From assembly GCF_000195755.1 (NCBI RefSeq), contig NC_002937.3, positions 1,680,001 to 1,712,000 of the forward strand: 32,000 bases of DNA. The letters are read 5' to 3'. The translations under genes were made by a program, and so were the position numbers. Shown here piece by piece: positions 23,255-32,000 of the stretch. Position 1 is the stretch's first letter; each line of letters opens with the position of its first letter. This stretch comes from Nitratidesulfovibrio vulgaris str. Hildenborough (lineage in GTDB: Bacteria > Desulfobacterota > Desulfovibrionia > Desulfovibrionales > Desulfovibrionaceae). Below the pieces are notes generated by a model that saw nothing but the letters and a program-made list of their open reading frames with translations, was not told the origin of the DNA and searched no databases.

Positions 23255-24786
23255 GCCTGAAACCCACGCTCCTGCTTATCCTCGATGGCTGGGGCAAGGC
23301 CCCTGCGGGGCCCGGCAACGCCGTGACCCTCGCCGGGATGCCTCACCTCTCCTCGTTGCTTCGACAGGCGGGCTGTACGGAACTCGCCTGTTCCGGTCGT
23401 GCCGTGGGGTTGCCTGAAGGATTCATGGGCAACTCCGAGGTCGGTCATATGAACATCGGGGCAGGGCGCGTGGTGTATCAGGACATGACCCGGATAGACA
23501 TCGCCGTCGAGCGGGGCGAACTTGCCAGCAACCCCGCTTTGACGGGGTTGTTCGAAGCCGTGCGCGCCACTGGTGGCAGAGTCCATCTCATGGGGCTGCT
23601 TTCAGATGGCGGCGTGCATAGCCATATCGCCCATGTGGAGGCGTTGGCCCTTGCGGCGCGGGACGCGGGGGTCGAGGTCGTGGTGCATGCCTTCCTCGAC
23701 GGGCGCGATACCGCCCCCACCTCCGGTGTCGGCTATGTGAAGCGCCTCGCCTCGTTCCTTGAAAGCAACCGTGCGGGACGCATCGGCAGTCTCGTCGGGC
23801 GCTACTACGCCATGGACCGCGACAAGCGCTGGGACCGCAACCTGCTTGCGTGGGCGATGCTGACACGCGGCGAGGGTGCGCCCGCTGACGACCCGGTCGG
23901 CGCGGTCGAAGCGGCCTATGCCGCGGGCGAGACGGACGAGTTCGTCAAGCCGCGGGTCGTGGTCGAGGGCGGTTCCCCCATCGGTACCATCCGGGATGGT
24001 GACGGGGTGTTCTTCTTCAATTTCCGGGCAGACCGGGCGCGGCAGTTGTCGCACATGTTCGTCGACGGAACGTTCGAGCATGGCGACCGGGGGCATGTTC
24101 CCTCGCTTGCGGGGTTCGCTACCATGACCTCCTACGACCCCGCCCTCGGGCTTCCAGTCGCTTTCGACAAACAACCCCTCGACGGTACGCTGGGGGAAGT
24201 CGTGGCGAATCAGGGACTGCGCCAGCTGCGTATCGCCGAGACCGAGAAGTATGCGCATGTCACCTACTTCCTCAACTGCGGGCGTGAAGAACCGTTCCCG
24301 GGCGAGGAACGCCGCCTGTTGCCGTCGCCGCGTGATGTCGCCACGTACGACCTCAAGCCCGAGATGAGCGCAGAAGCCGTCACCGATACGCTTCTCGAGG
24401 AATGGGCGGGCGGGGGCTATACGCTTGCCGTGTGCAATGTCGCCAATCTCGACATGGTCGGACACACCGGGGTCATCCCCGCTGCCGTACGCGCGTGCGA
24501 GACCGTGGATGCGTGCGTGAGGCGCATCGCTGATGCCGTACTGGCGTCGGGCGGGCGGCTGGTCATCACCGCCGACCACGGCAACGCCGAGGAGTTGCTC
24601 GATGAGTCGGGCAATCCGCAGACGGCCCACAGCATGAACCGCGTTCCTTTCACCGTGGTCGAACAGGGGCGCGTCCATACTTTTCGCGAGGGCGGTGTCC
24701 TTGGCGACATCGCACCTACCATACTCGGCTTGTGGGGTGTGCCTGCTTCGGCTGGCATGACCGGAACGAGCCTCATCACGGAGTGA
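23251..24786 (+). CDS. gpmI: 2,3-bisphosphoglycerate-independent phosphoglycerate mutase
   Basis: 511 aa. LLLILDGWG, NSEVGHMNIGAGR, SDGGVHSH and the C-terminal ADHGNAE motifs are present. ATGA overlap with rsfS. Confidence 0.93.
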   Translation: MSLKPTLLLILDGWGKAPAGPGNAVTLAGMPHLSSLLRQAGCTELACSGRAVGLPEGFMGNSEVGHMNIGAGRVVYQDMTRIDIAVERGELASNPALTGLFEAVRATGGRVHLMGLLSDGGVHSHIAHVEALALAARDAGVEVVVHAFLDGRDTAPTSGVGYVKRLASFLESNRAGRIGSLVGRYYAMDRDKRWDRNLLAWAMLTRGEGAPADDPVGAVEAAYAAGETDEFVKPRVVVEGGSPIGTIRDGDGVFFFNFRADRARQLSHMFVDGTFEHGDRGHVPSLAGFATMTSYDPALGLPVAFDKQPLDGTLGEVVANQGLRQLRIAETEKYAHVTYFLNCGREEPFPGEERRLLPSPRDVATYDLKPEMSAEAVTDTLLEEWAGGGYTLAVCNVANLDMVGHTGVIPAAVRACETVDACVRRIADAVLASGGRLVITADHGNAEELLDESGNPQTAHSMNRVPFTVVEQGRVHTFREGGVLGDIAPTILGLWGVPASAGMTGTSLITE

Positions 24787-24787
24787 G

Positions 24788-25033
24788 ATGATGTCGCAGT
24801 CCTCCAGACCCGTAGAACCCGTCAGACCCGACGGCGTCGAACTCGTATTCTTCTACCAGTGCCCCTTCTGCAACCGTACCGTGCCGCTCATTGCGCCCAC
24901 GCAGCCATCCATGGCCCAGTGCGATTCGTGCATGCAGCCTTTTCCCATCGTGCCGGTGGACGAGCGTACCGTTCGCTATCTCAAGGTCATGCTCGATAAC
25001 GGCAGGGCTGCCGTCGACCCGGATTTCGTGTGA
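24788..25033 (+). CDS. Small hypothetical zinc-ribbon protein (81 aa)
   Basis: ATG lies 1 nt after the gpmI stop, with GGAG (24780-24783) upstream. Contains the CPFC-x16-CDSC pattern. Followed by two hairpins (25041-25056 and 25075-25112). Confidence 0.6.
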   Translation: MMSQSSRPVEPVRPDGVELVFFYQCPFCNRTVPLIAPTQPSMAQCDSCMQPFPIVPVDERTVRYLKVMLDNGRAAVDPDFV

Positions 25034-25074
25034 ATGGGGGGGGGCGCATACGCCCCTTGCGTCTGGTCCTTGGA

Positions 25075-25112
25075 ATGTCAAAAGGCCATCCGGGTGGGTG
25101 GCCTTTTGACAT
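25075..25112. terminator. Bidirectional terminator between convergent genes
   Basis: Perfect 14-bp stem ATGTCAAAAGGCCA / TGGCCTTTTGACAT with a 10-nt loop. T/A runs inside the stem arms give U-tails on both strands. Confidence 0.75.
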
Positions 25113-25134
25113 TCTTGGGTCCGGAACAGGCGGG

Positions 25135-25557
25135 CTAGCCTGCCGCCTTGGTGTGCGCCTCATCGAGGCGGGCTTTCACGTACTGTTCGGTGTCCGGTTC
25201 CGCATCGGCGTCGATGTTGAAGCACCGGGCGTCGCAGCCCATGAGTCCTTTGGGTACCCAGTCGCCGCGCTCTTCCGGGTCGGTGATCATGTCATCGTAG
25301 AAGCAGACCGAGAGCCAGCGGTCTGCCGGGTCGTCGTCTATGACGTCCACAAGGACGAAGAGCGGGCGTTCTGTCGGGTCGCCCGCCGTTGCACGCAGCG
25401 ACCAGCTCACTCCCGGACGGGCACGGACAGCGAGTTCGGTACCGGGCAGGGCGGCGAGGTGGTCGCGCAGGGCGACGAATGCGGCGCGGGCGGGCGCATC
25501 CGCGCTCCAGTCGGCGAGCAGGGGGTTAAGACCGGAAAGGGGGAGAAGGTCAGACAT
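25135..25557 (-). CDS. Hypothetical acidic protein (140 aa)
   Basis: ATG 25557 is preceded by GAGGT. The sequence has protein-like composition (MSDLLPLSGLNPLLADW...RWLSVCFYDDMITDPEERGDW) and no recognised domain. Confidence 0.6.
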   Translation of the reverse strand: MSDLLPLSGLNPLLADWSADAPARAAFVALRDHLAALPGTELAVRARPGVSWSLRATAGDPTERPLFVLVDVIDDDPADRWLSVCFYDDMITDPEERGDWVPKGLMGCDARCFNIDADAEPDTEQYVKARLDEAHTKAAG

Positions 25558-25702
25558 GGTGGTACCTCGAAGGCTCTCTCCGTGTGGCACGGGGTTCAGG
25601 GTTTCAGGACGTCGGGCCTTTCGGCGGTGGCATGGTGGCAAGCGCTTACAGACATGGCGACCACACTGCTACGGGGACGAGACGGGCGTCATGGCAGACG
25701 GG

Positions 25703-26176
25703 CTACGAAGCGGTTGGCGGTGTATGCCCGTCTTCAGTCTTCGTGTCAGCCGTCTGTAGCACCGGGGGGACGTTGTCATGGCTGTTGCCGTCATCGGCAG
25801 GAGGCGGGGATGTGATTTCCCATGTGCGGATGCGCGACAGGGGGTGGAAGCGGAGAGTGCCATCGGGAAGCAGCACCCGCAACGTGTTGGTGTCAGGCGT
25901 CTCGCAAGACAGGCAGTCGGTGGTGACGCTGCCGCCCTCGACGAAGGTGACGTGCAGGCGGCGCAATCGTGGCGGCCCGGCATGGTGGGCGTTGCACGTG
26001 TTGAGGGTCGCGACCTCGCGTTCCATCAGCCGACGCCATACCGCCCTCACAACGCGCCTGTGGTCGGGGGAGTCATGTTCCGGGCAGAGGCCGACCTTGA
26101 GCCTGTCCGGCGAGGGGACGAAGCCATGTATCCAGCCGCCGACGGCATCTTTTCCGCAGAGGTGGCATGGCACCAT
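25703..26176 (-). CDS. Hypothetical protein with N-terminal CxxC...CxxH zinc-finger-like motif (157 aa)
   Basis: ATG 26176 was chosen because the TTG at 26212 used in the track lies inside the 26194-26223 hairpin. Contains MVPCHLCGK...GLCPEH. The SD is weak, so the start is uncertain. Confidence 0.5.
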   Translation of the reverse strand: MVPCHLCGKDAVGGWIHGFVPSPDRLKVGLCPEHDSPDHRRVVRAVWRRLMEREVATLNTCNAHHAGPPRLRRLHVTFVEGGSVTTDCLSCETPDTNTLRVLLPDGTLRFHPLSRIRTWEITSPPPADDGNSHDNVPPVLQTADTKTEDGHTPPTAS

Positions 26177-26193
26177 GTGGCCCCCGTCGCAGG

Positions 26194-26223
26194 TCGGCGG
26201 GGCCTTTCGCAAGGCCCCGCCGA
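26194..26223 (-). terminator. Strong GC hairpin directly after the purQ stop (terminator, attenuator or mRNA stabiliser; no U-tract)
   Basis: Perfect 13-bp stem TCGGCGGGGCCTT / AAGGCCCCGCCGA with loop TCGC, 5 nt downstream of the stop at 26229-26231. Confidence 0.45.
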
Positions 26224-26228
26224 TGAAG

Positions 26229-27038
26229 CTATTTGCCGTGCAGATAGCGGACGGCGTTGTCGAATATCACGGTACCGAGAGGTGCCGTTTCATCCCGACC
26301 ACGACCGGGGTGGTTGGTCGGGTGGTTGAACGCCTCGGGGTGGGGCATCAGGCCGAGGATGTGCCCGGTGGGGTCGGTGAGTCCGGCGATGCCGAGGGGC
26401 GAACCGTTGGGGTTCCACGGGTACTCCATGGTGGGTTCCATCGTCTCGGGGTCGGCGTATTGCAAAGCCACGAGGTTTCCGGATACGAGACGGTTCATGA
26501 CCTCTTCGTCGCGCGCAACGAGTTTGCCCTCGCCATGGCGCACGGGCACGTAAAGGTGTTCGATGCCCTTCGTGAAGACGCAGGGGCTTGCGGCGTTGAC
26601 GCGCAGATGCACCCATCGGTCTTCGTAACGGGCCGAATCGTTGTGGCTGAGCGAGACCTGCCTGTCGAAGCGCTGACCATCCAGTGCGGGCAGCAGGCCG
26701 AGTTTCACGAGCAGCTGGAAGCCGTTGCAGATGCCCAGCACAAGACCGCCGCGCGTCACGAAGTCGCGCAGCGCTTCGAGAAGGCGGTTGCCCTGTGCAT
26801 CATGGGCATGGCGCCAGCGTTGTGCTGCTGCCAGCGCCGAACCAAGGTCGTCACCGTCGAGGAAGCCCCCGGGGAAGACCAGAAAATTATAGTCGGCAAG
26901 GGTGACGCGACCGGCGACGAGGTCGGAAAAATGGGCGATATCGACACGGTCGGCACCCGCCATGCGGGCGGCGTGGGCCGACTCGACCTCGCAGTTGGTT
27001 CCATAGCCGGTGATGACCAGCGTATGCACTTGCGGCAT
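26229..27038 (-). CDS. purQ: Phosphoribosylformylglycinamidine synthase glutamine amidotransferase subunit (PurQ-like, long form)
   Basis: 269 aa with GAGGAG before ATG 27038. Class I GATase triad context GICNGFQ and MPHPE, plus the NPNGS motif of FGAM synthase amidotransferases. Confidence 0.8.
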   Translation of the reverse strand: MPQVHTLVITGYGTNCEVESAHAARMAGADRVDIAHFSDLVAGRVTLADYNFLVFPGGFLDGDDLGSALAAAQRWRHAHDAQGNRLLEALRDFVTRGGLVLGICNGFQLLVKLGLLPALDGQRFDRQVSLSHNDSARYEDRWVHLRVNAASPCVFTKGIEHLYVPVRHGEGKLVARDEEVMNRLVSGNLVALQYADPETMEPTMEYPWNPNGSPLGIAGLTDPTGHILGLMPHPEAFNHPTNHPGRGRDETAPLGTVIFDNAVRYLHGK

Positions 27039-27264
27039 CGACGGAATCTCCTCAGAGGGGGCACACTGTTCTTGACAGGGAAAGGGGCCTCAACTAGCTA
27101 CACGGCTGACTTCATGCCGTCGTCTGGTGGCGACGGCTGCAACCGACGATCATACGTGTAGCCGCACGGTGCCGTCAACCGGCTTACCTTTTCCGAAAAT
27201 CAGTGGTATGAAGGCAGGATGCCGTGCGTCCGGTGCAGGATGCGGCGGCAGCGGTCCGCTGTGA

Positions 27265-28938
<1,674 letters not shown>

Positions 28939-28945
28939 TCGAACA

Positions 28946-28979
28946 GGCGCGGCGGTGGACGTTCTACCGCCGCCGCGCC
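28946..28979 (+). promoter_or_regulatory. GC-rich stem-loop in the pyrG-kdsA spacer (no U-tract; possible processing or stability element)
   Basis: GGCGCGGCGG (28946-28955) pairs with CCGCCGCGCC (28970-28979) and is extendable by about 3 bp inward. It lies 8 nt after the pyrG TAA. Confidence 0.4.
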
Positions 28980-29007
28980 ACCGACTGGCCCATCCGGCCG
29001 GAGGCCC

Positions 29008-29829
29008 ATGCAACATCCCACCCCCGATGCCCTCCACGCCCGTCTCGCCGCAAGGCGCTTCATTCTTGCAGGCCCGTGCGCCCTTGAAGACTTCGACGTC
29101 GCCATGGAGACAGCCCATGCCGTGCGTGAGGCTGCCGAGGCCGCCGGGCTTTTCGCCGTCTTCAAAAGCTCGTGGGACAAGGCCAACCGTACTTCCATCA
29201 CCAGTTTCCGTGGCCCCGGTCTTGTGCGGGGCATGGAGTGGCTGGCCCGAATCCGTGAAGAGAGCGGTCTGCCTGTCGTCACGGACATCCATCTTCCCGA
29301 ACAGGCTGCACCTGTCGCCGAAGTCGCCGACATCATCCAGATACCGGCCTTCCTCTGTCGCCAGACGGACCTGCTTGTCGCCGCTGCCGCCACCGGGCGT
29401 GTGGTGAACGTCAAGAAAGGGCAGTTCGTCGCGCCATGGGACATGAGGCCCGCCGTGGAGAAGCTCCGTGCCGCAGGCAATGAACGCATTCTGCTGACCG
29501 AGCGCGGCGCCAGTTTCGGGTACAACAACCTTGTCGTCGACTACCGGTCCATCCCCACCATGCAAGGGTTCGGCGTGCCAGTGGTATTCGATGCCACCCA
29601 TTCGGTGCAGCTTCCCGGTGGTCTGGGCGGTTCCTCGGGTGGCGAACGTCGTCATGTACCCGTGCTCGCGCGGGCTGCCGTGGCAGCAGGGGTCGATGGC
29701 GTGTTCCTCGAGTGCCACCCCGACCCCGACAAGGCGTTGTGCGACGGCCCCAACAGCTGGCCTCTTGACAGGCTGCCCGCCCTGTTGAAGGAACTTTCGG
29801 CCCTCTGGAGCCTCGAACATGTCTGTTGA
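29008..29829 (+). CDS. kdsA: 3-deoxy-8-phosphooctulonate (KDO-8-P) synthase
   Basis: 273 aa. Contains [46 protein letters not shown] and the DGVFLE motifs. Confidence 0.92.
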   Translation: MQHPTPDALHARLAARRFILAGPCALEDFDVAMETAHAVREAAEAAGLFAVFKSSWDKANRTSITSFRGPGLVRGMEWLARIREESGLPVVTDIHLPEQAAPVAEVADIIQIPAFLCRQTDLLVAAAATGRVVNVKKGQFVAPWDMRPAVEKLRAAGNERILLTERGASFGYNNLVVDYRSIPTMQGFGVPVVFDATHSVQLPGGLGGSSGGERRHVPVLARAAVAAGVDGVFLECHPDPDKALCDGPNSWPLDRLPALLKELSALWSLEHVC

Positions 29830-30346
29830 GTCGATGGCCCGCAAGGTCTCTCTCCTCGTGCTCGACATCGACGGAGTGATGACCGATGGCGGGCTTTATT
29901 ATGACGATGAAGGCCGGGTTTCGAAGCGTTTCAATGTGCAGGACGGGCTGGGCATAAAGCTTGCCCAGTCTGTGGGACTGCATGTGGCCGTCATTACGGG
30001 ACTCGCCTCCGAGGCCGTGGCGCAGAGGGTGCGCGGTCTGGGCATCGAGGACTATTACGCAGGATATCTGCGCAAGACCGAGTCGCTTGATGCCATTCGC
30101 ATGAAATACGGCCTTGAGTGGGAACAGGTCGCCTATGTCGGTGACGACTGGGTCGATTTCGGCCCCATGAAGCTGGTCGGATTCCCCGTAGCCGTCGCCA
30201 ATGCCCAGCCCGAGGTCAAGGCGCTTGCGAAGTACGTGACCGCGGCCCGGGGTGGAGAAGGCGCGGTGCGTGAGGTCGTGCGCCTTATCCTTGCCAGCCG
30301 GGGAGTGCTCGATGAGCTTGCCGCATCATGGATGGAACGGGCATGA
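29819..30346 (+). CDS. kdsC: KDO-8-phosphate phosphatase (HAD superfamily)
   Basis: HAD motif [13 protein letters not shown] and VGDDWVD are present. GGAG (29807-29810) lies 8 nt before ATG 29819. There is an 11-nt overlap with kdsA. The alternative start is 29834. Confidence 0.88.
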   Translation: MSVESMARKVSLLVLDIDGVMTDGGLYYDDEGRVSKRFNVQDGLGIKLAQSVGLHVAVITGLASEAVAQRVRGLGIEDYYAGYLRKTESLDAIRMKYGLEWEQVAYVGDDWVDFGPMKLVGFPVAVANAQPEVKALAKYVTAARGGEGAVREVVRLILASRGVLDELAASWMERA

Positions 30347-30987
30347 GACGGCTGCTGGTCGTACTGGTCGCCCTTGCTGTTCTTGGCACTGCGGGCTATG
30401 CCGCGTGGCGTCATTTCCTTGCGCCCCCGAAGGTCCCAACGAAGGAACAGGCCCGCGACGCCCTTGAAGAGGCTGTCGGACTCGCCCTTAAAGGCGTAGA
30501 ACTCGTTCAGGGCGAGAAAGGCGTAGAGTTGTGGCGGCTCAAGGCCACATGGGCCGCGTTGCGGCAAGAGAAGGGCGTCATCGACGTTGATAGCCCCGAC
30601 ATCATCTACAAGGTCGGCAAGACTGAAGAACCCTTGCGTGTCATCGCCCCCAAGGGCGAAGTGCGTGACAACCAGAGCTTCATCCGGTTGTGGGACAAGG
30701 TGACCTGCACCTATCGCGACTATGTGCTCGACGGTACTCTGATGACGTACAACAGCACGTCGCGTCTCATGGTCTTTCCTGAAGGGGCCGTCATCGTAGG
30801 GGCCACTTCGCGCGGAAACGCCACGCGTCTTTCATGGAATCTTGCCACGAATGTCATAGAGGGTGAGGACGGGGTTGTTGTGCACTGGTCCCGTGCCGAT
30901 GCCGCTGCACCGAATGCCTCCGGTACCTCCGGGAACCCAGACCGGGCCACTCATGCCCCGGCAGAGACCGCCCCCGCTGCACGATAG
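30343..30987 (+). CDS. lptC: LPS export system protein LptC (membrane-anchored)
   Basis: N-terminal anchor [22 protein letters not shown] followed by a beta-jellyroll-like body, positioned between kdsC and lptA. ATGA overlap with the kdsC stop. The alternative start is 30328. Confidence 0.75.
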   Translation: MRRLLVVLVALAVLGTAGYAAWRHFLAPPKVPTKEQARDALEEAVGLALKGVELVQGEKGVELWRLKATWAALRQEKGVIDVDSPDIIYKVGKTEEPLRVIAPKGEVRDNQSFIRLWDKVTCTYRDYVLDGTLMTYNSTSRLMVFPEGAVIVGATSRGNATRLSWNLATNVIEGEDGVVVHWSRADAAAPNASGTSGNPDRATHAPAETAPAAR

Positions 30988-30996
30988 GAGATTCAT

Positions 30997-31587
30997 ATGG
31001 CCAGTAGGCTTGTTCCCTTTCTTCTCTCCCTGACCATGGCTGCTGCCGTGGCGTTTCCTGTGCCGACCGCCTGCGCGCAGCCCAAGGCGACCGCGAATCC
31101 CGCCCAGAAATCTGTACCGACCACTGTCACCGCGCAGCGCATGCAGTATGATGCGAACAAGCAGAGTGTCGTGTTCGAGGGCGATGTATACGTCAAGCGT
31201 CCCGACTTCGAACTGTGGTCGGTGAAGCTGACGCTGCACCTTGGCAAGTCCAAGGAAGGCAAGAGCGGTGGAGACGTGCCGGGTGGCATGGATGCCGGTG
31301 AGATTGAACGTATCGTCGCCGAGAAGAATGTACGGATGGTGCGCGAAGGGCGTAACGGTACATGTCAGAAGGCCACCTATACCACCAATGACGGGCTCAT
31401 GATCATGGAAGGCTCGCCTGTCCTCTTCGACAAGGAGAACGTGGTGAAGGGCGAGGTCATCTATTTCTACACTCGCGAGAATCGAAGCGAAGTGCATGGT
31501 GGCACCTCGCGCCCTGTAGAGGCCGTGTTCACCTCTTCGTCTTCCGCGTCGCTGCCCGGAGCGGAAAAGGCAAAGGAGTCTGAATGA
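30997..31587 (+). CDS. lptA: LPS transport periplasmic protein LptA (OstA N-terminal-like)
   Basis: AGGAG lies before ATG 30997. A signal peptide ends ...PTACAQP. The OstA-like repeats VTAQRMQYDANKQSVVFEGDVYV and GTCQKATYTTNDGLMIMEG are present. Confidence 0.82.
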   Translation: MASRLVPFLLSLTMAAAVAFPVPTACAQPKATANPAQKSVPTTVTAQRMQYDANKQSVVFEGDVYVKRPDFELWSVKLTLHLGKSKEGKSGGDVPGGMDAGEIERIVAEKNVRMVREGRNGTCQKATYTTNDGLMIMEGSPVLFDKENVVKGEVIYFYTRENRSEVHGGTSRPVEAVFTSSSSASLPGAEKAKESE

Positions 31588-32000
31588 TGGCCGTATTGCA
31601 AGGCGAAGATCTGCGTAAGCGGTTCGGGCAGCGCGAGGTCGTGCGGGGTGTCTCCGTCTCGGTACAGCAGGGCGAGATCGTCGGGTTGCTCGGGCCCAAC
31701 GGCGCGGGCAAGACCACGACGTTCTACATGCTCACAGGCATCATCAAACCCACGGCTGGCATCGTCCGACTGGACGGACAGGACATCGCCGACTGGCCTT
31801 TGCATGAGCGCGCTCGCGTGGGGTTGAGCTATCTGCCTCAGGAGAGCTCCGTATTCAAGAGGCTCACCGTTCGTGAAAACCTTGAGATCATCCTCGAGCA
31901 TACCGGGCTTCCGGCTGCCAGACAGAAGGAGCGTGCCGAGGCGCTGATGGCGGACTTCGGTATCGCGCATCTTGCCAGTTCGCGTGCCATGCACCTTTCG
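31584..32000 (+). CDS. lptB: LPS export ABC transporter ATP-binding protein LptB (3' end outside window)
   Basis: Absent from the ORF track because it runs off the end. AAAGGAG lies 5 nt before ATG 31584 (ATGA overlap with the lptA stop). Translation MMAVLQGEDLRKRFGQREVVRGVSVSVQQGEIVGLLGPNGAGKTTTFYM... includes a Walker A motif. The frame is open to base 32000. Confidence 0.9.
   Translation, partial: MMAVLQGEDLRKRFGQREVVRGVSVSVQQGEIVGLLGPNGAGKTTTFYMLTGIIKPTAGIVRLDGQDIADWPLHERARVGLSYLPQESSVFKRLTVRENLEIILEHTGLPAARQKERAEALMADFGIAHLASSRAMHLS

Noticed and set aside
22220-24678. Minus-strand ORFs 22220..23212 (330 aa) and 23602..24678 (358 aa)
   Set aside because: They are antisense to the nitroreductase, rsfS and gpmI genes. 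They are shadow ORFs.
13100-25650. Sigma-54 (-24 GG / -12 GC) promoter look-alikes near 13110 (TTGGCAAGTAGCCTATGCA), 22120 (minus strand) and 25590 (TGGCACGGGGTTCAGG)
   Set aside because: The GG-to-GC spacing is wrong (12-14 nt instead of 10) or the -12 element is absent.
25584-27161. 525-aa plus-strand ORF
   Set aside because: It is antisense to purQ (clear GATase motifs) and the two hypotheticals. It is Gly/Arg/Val-rich and has no SD.

Overview
This is a high-GC, densely packed chromosomal segment. Its gene content looks like a Desulfovibrio-type sulfate reducer. From memory the order resembles the D. vulgaris Hildenborough region running from cheB/sir to pyrG-kdsA-lptCAB, but I cannot verify that here. 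I call about 32 protein genes, almost all core housekeeping. In order they are: cheB 3' end, a small assimilatory-type sulfite reductase, crcB plus a DUF190 gene (fluoride export), and a CYTH protein. Next come clpS-clpA-aat (N-degron pathway) and a hypothetical, followed by a translationally coupled uvrB / K+ channel / GT2-like / ligA run. These are followed by dapB-nadE, an orphan molybdopterin oxidoreductase, an ACT protein, and a GltD-like flavoprotein with a four-cluster Fe-S protein. After those come a PaaK-like ligase, a nitroreductase, rsfS-gpmI with a small zinc-ribbon ORF, two hypotheticals and purQ. The window ends with pyrG-kdsA-kdsC-lptC-lptA-lptB, with lptB running off the 3' end. 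I see no rRNA, tRNA, CRISPR array, transposase, integrase or phage gene, and no obvious defence island. Several clean intrinsic-terminator hairpins sit between convergent genes. The observations I consider most worth following are four. (1) The contiguous MopB / ACT / NAD(P)H-flavoprotein / 4x[4Fe-4S] / PaaK-like set may form an undescribed cytoplasmic aryl-acid redox module. (2) LigA carries an 88-residue disordered C-terminal tail ending in QLKLF, a beta-clamp-binding-like motif. (3) A 280-nt, hairpin-rich leader lies in front of the orphan Mo/W enzyme. (4) Non-coding spacers at about 1.0-1.36 kb and 20.4-20.7 kb are unexplained. All functional calls rest on motif recognition by eye. Start codons were chosen from Shine-Dalgarno (SD) spacing and homology expectations. 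Many long ORFs in the supplied track are antisense shadow ORFs typical of high-GC DNA and were rejected.
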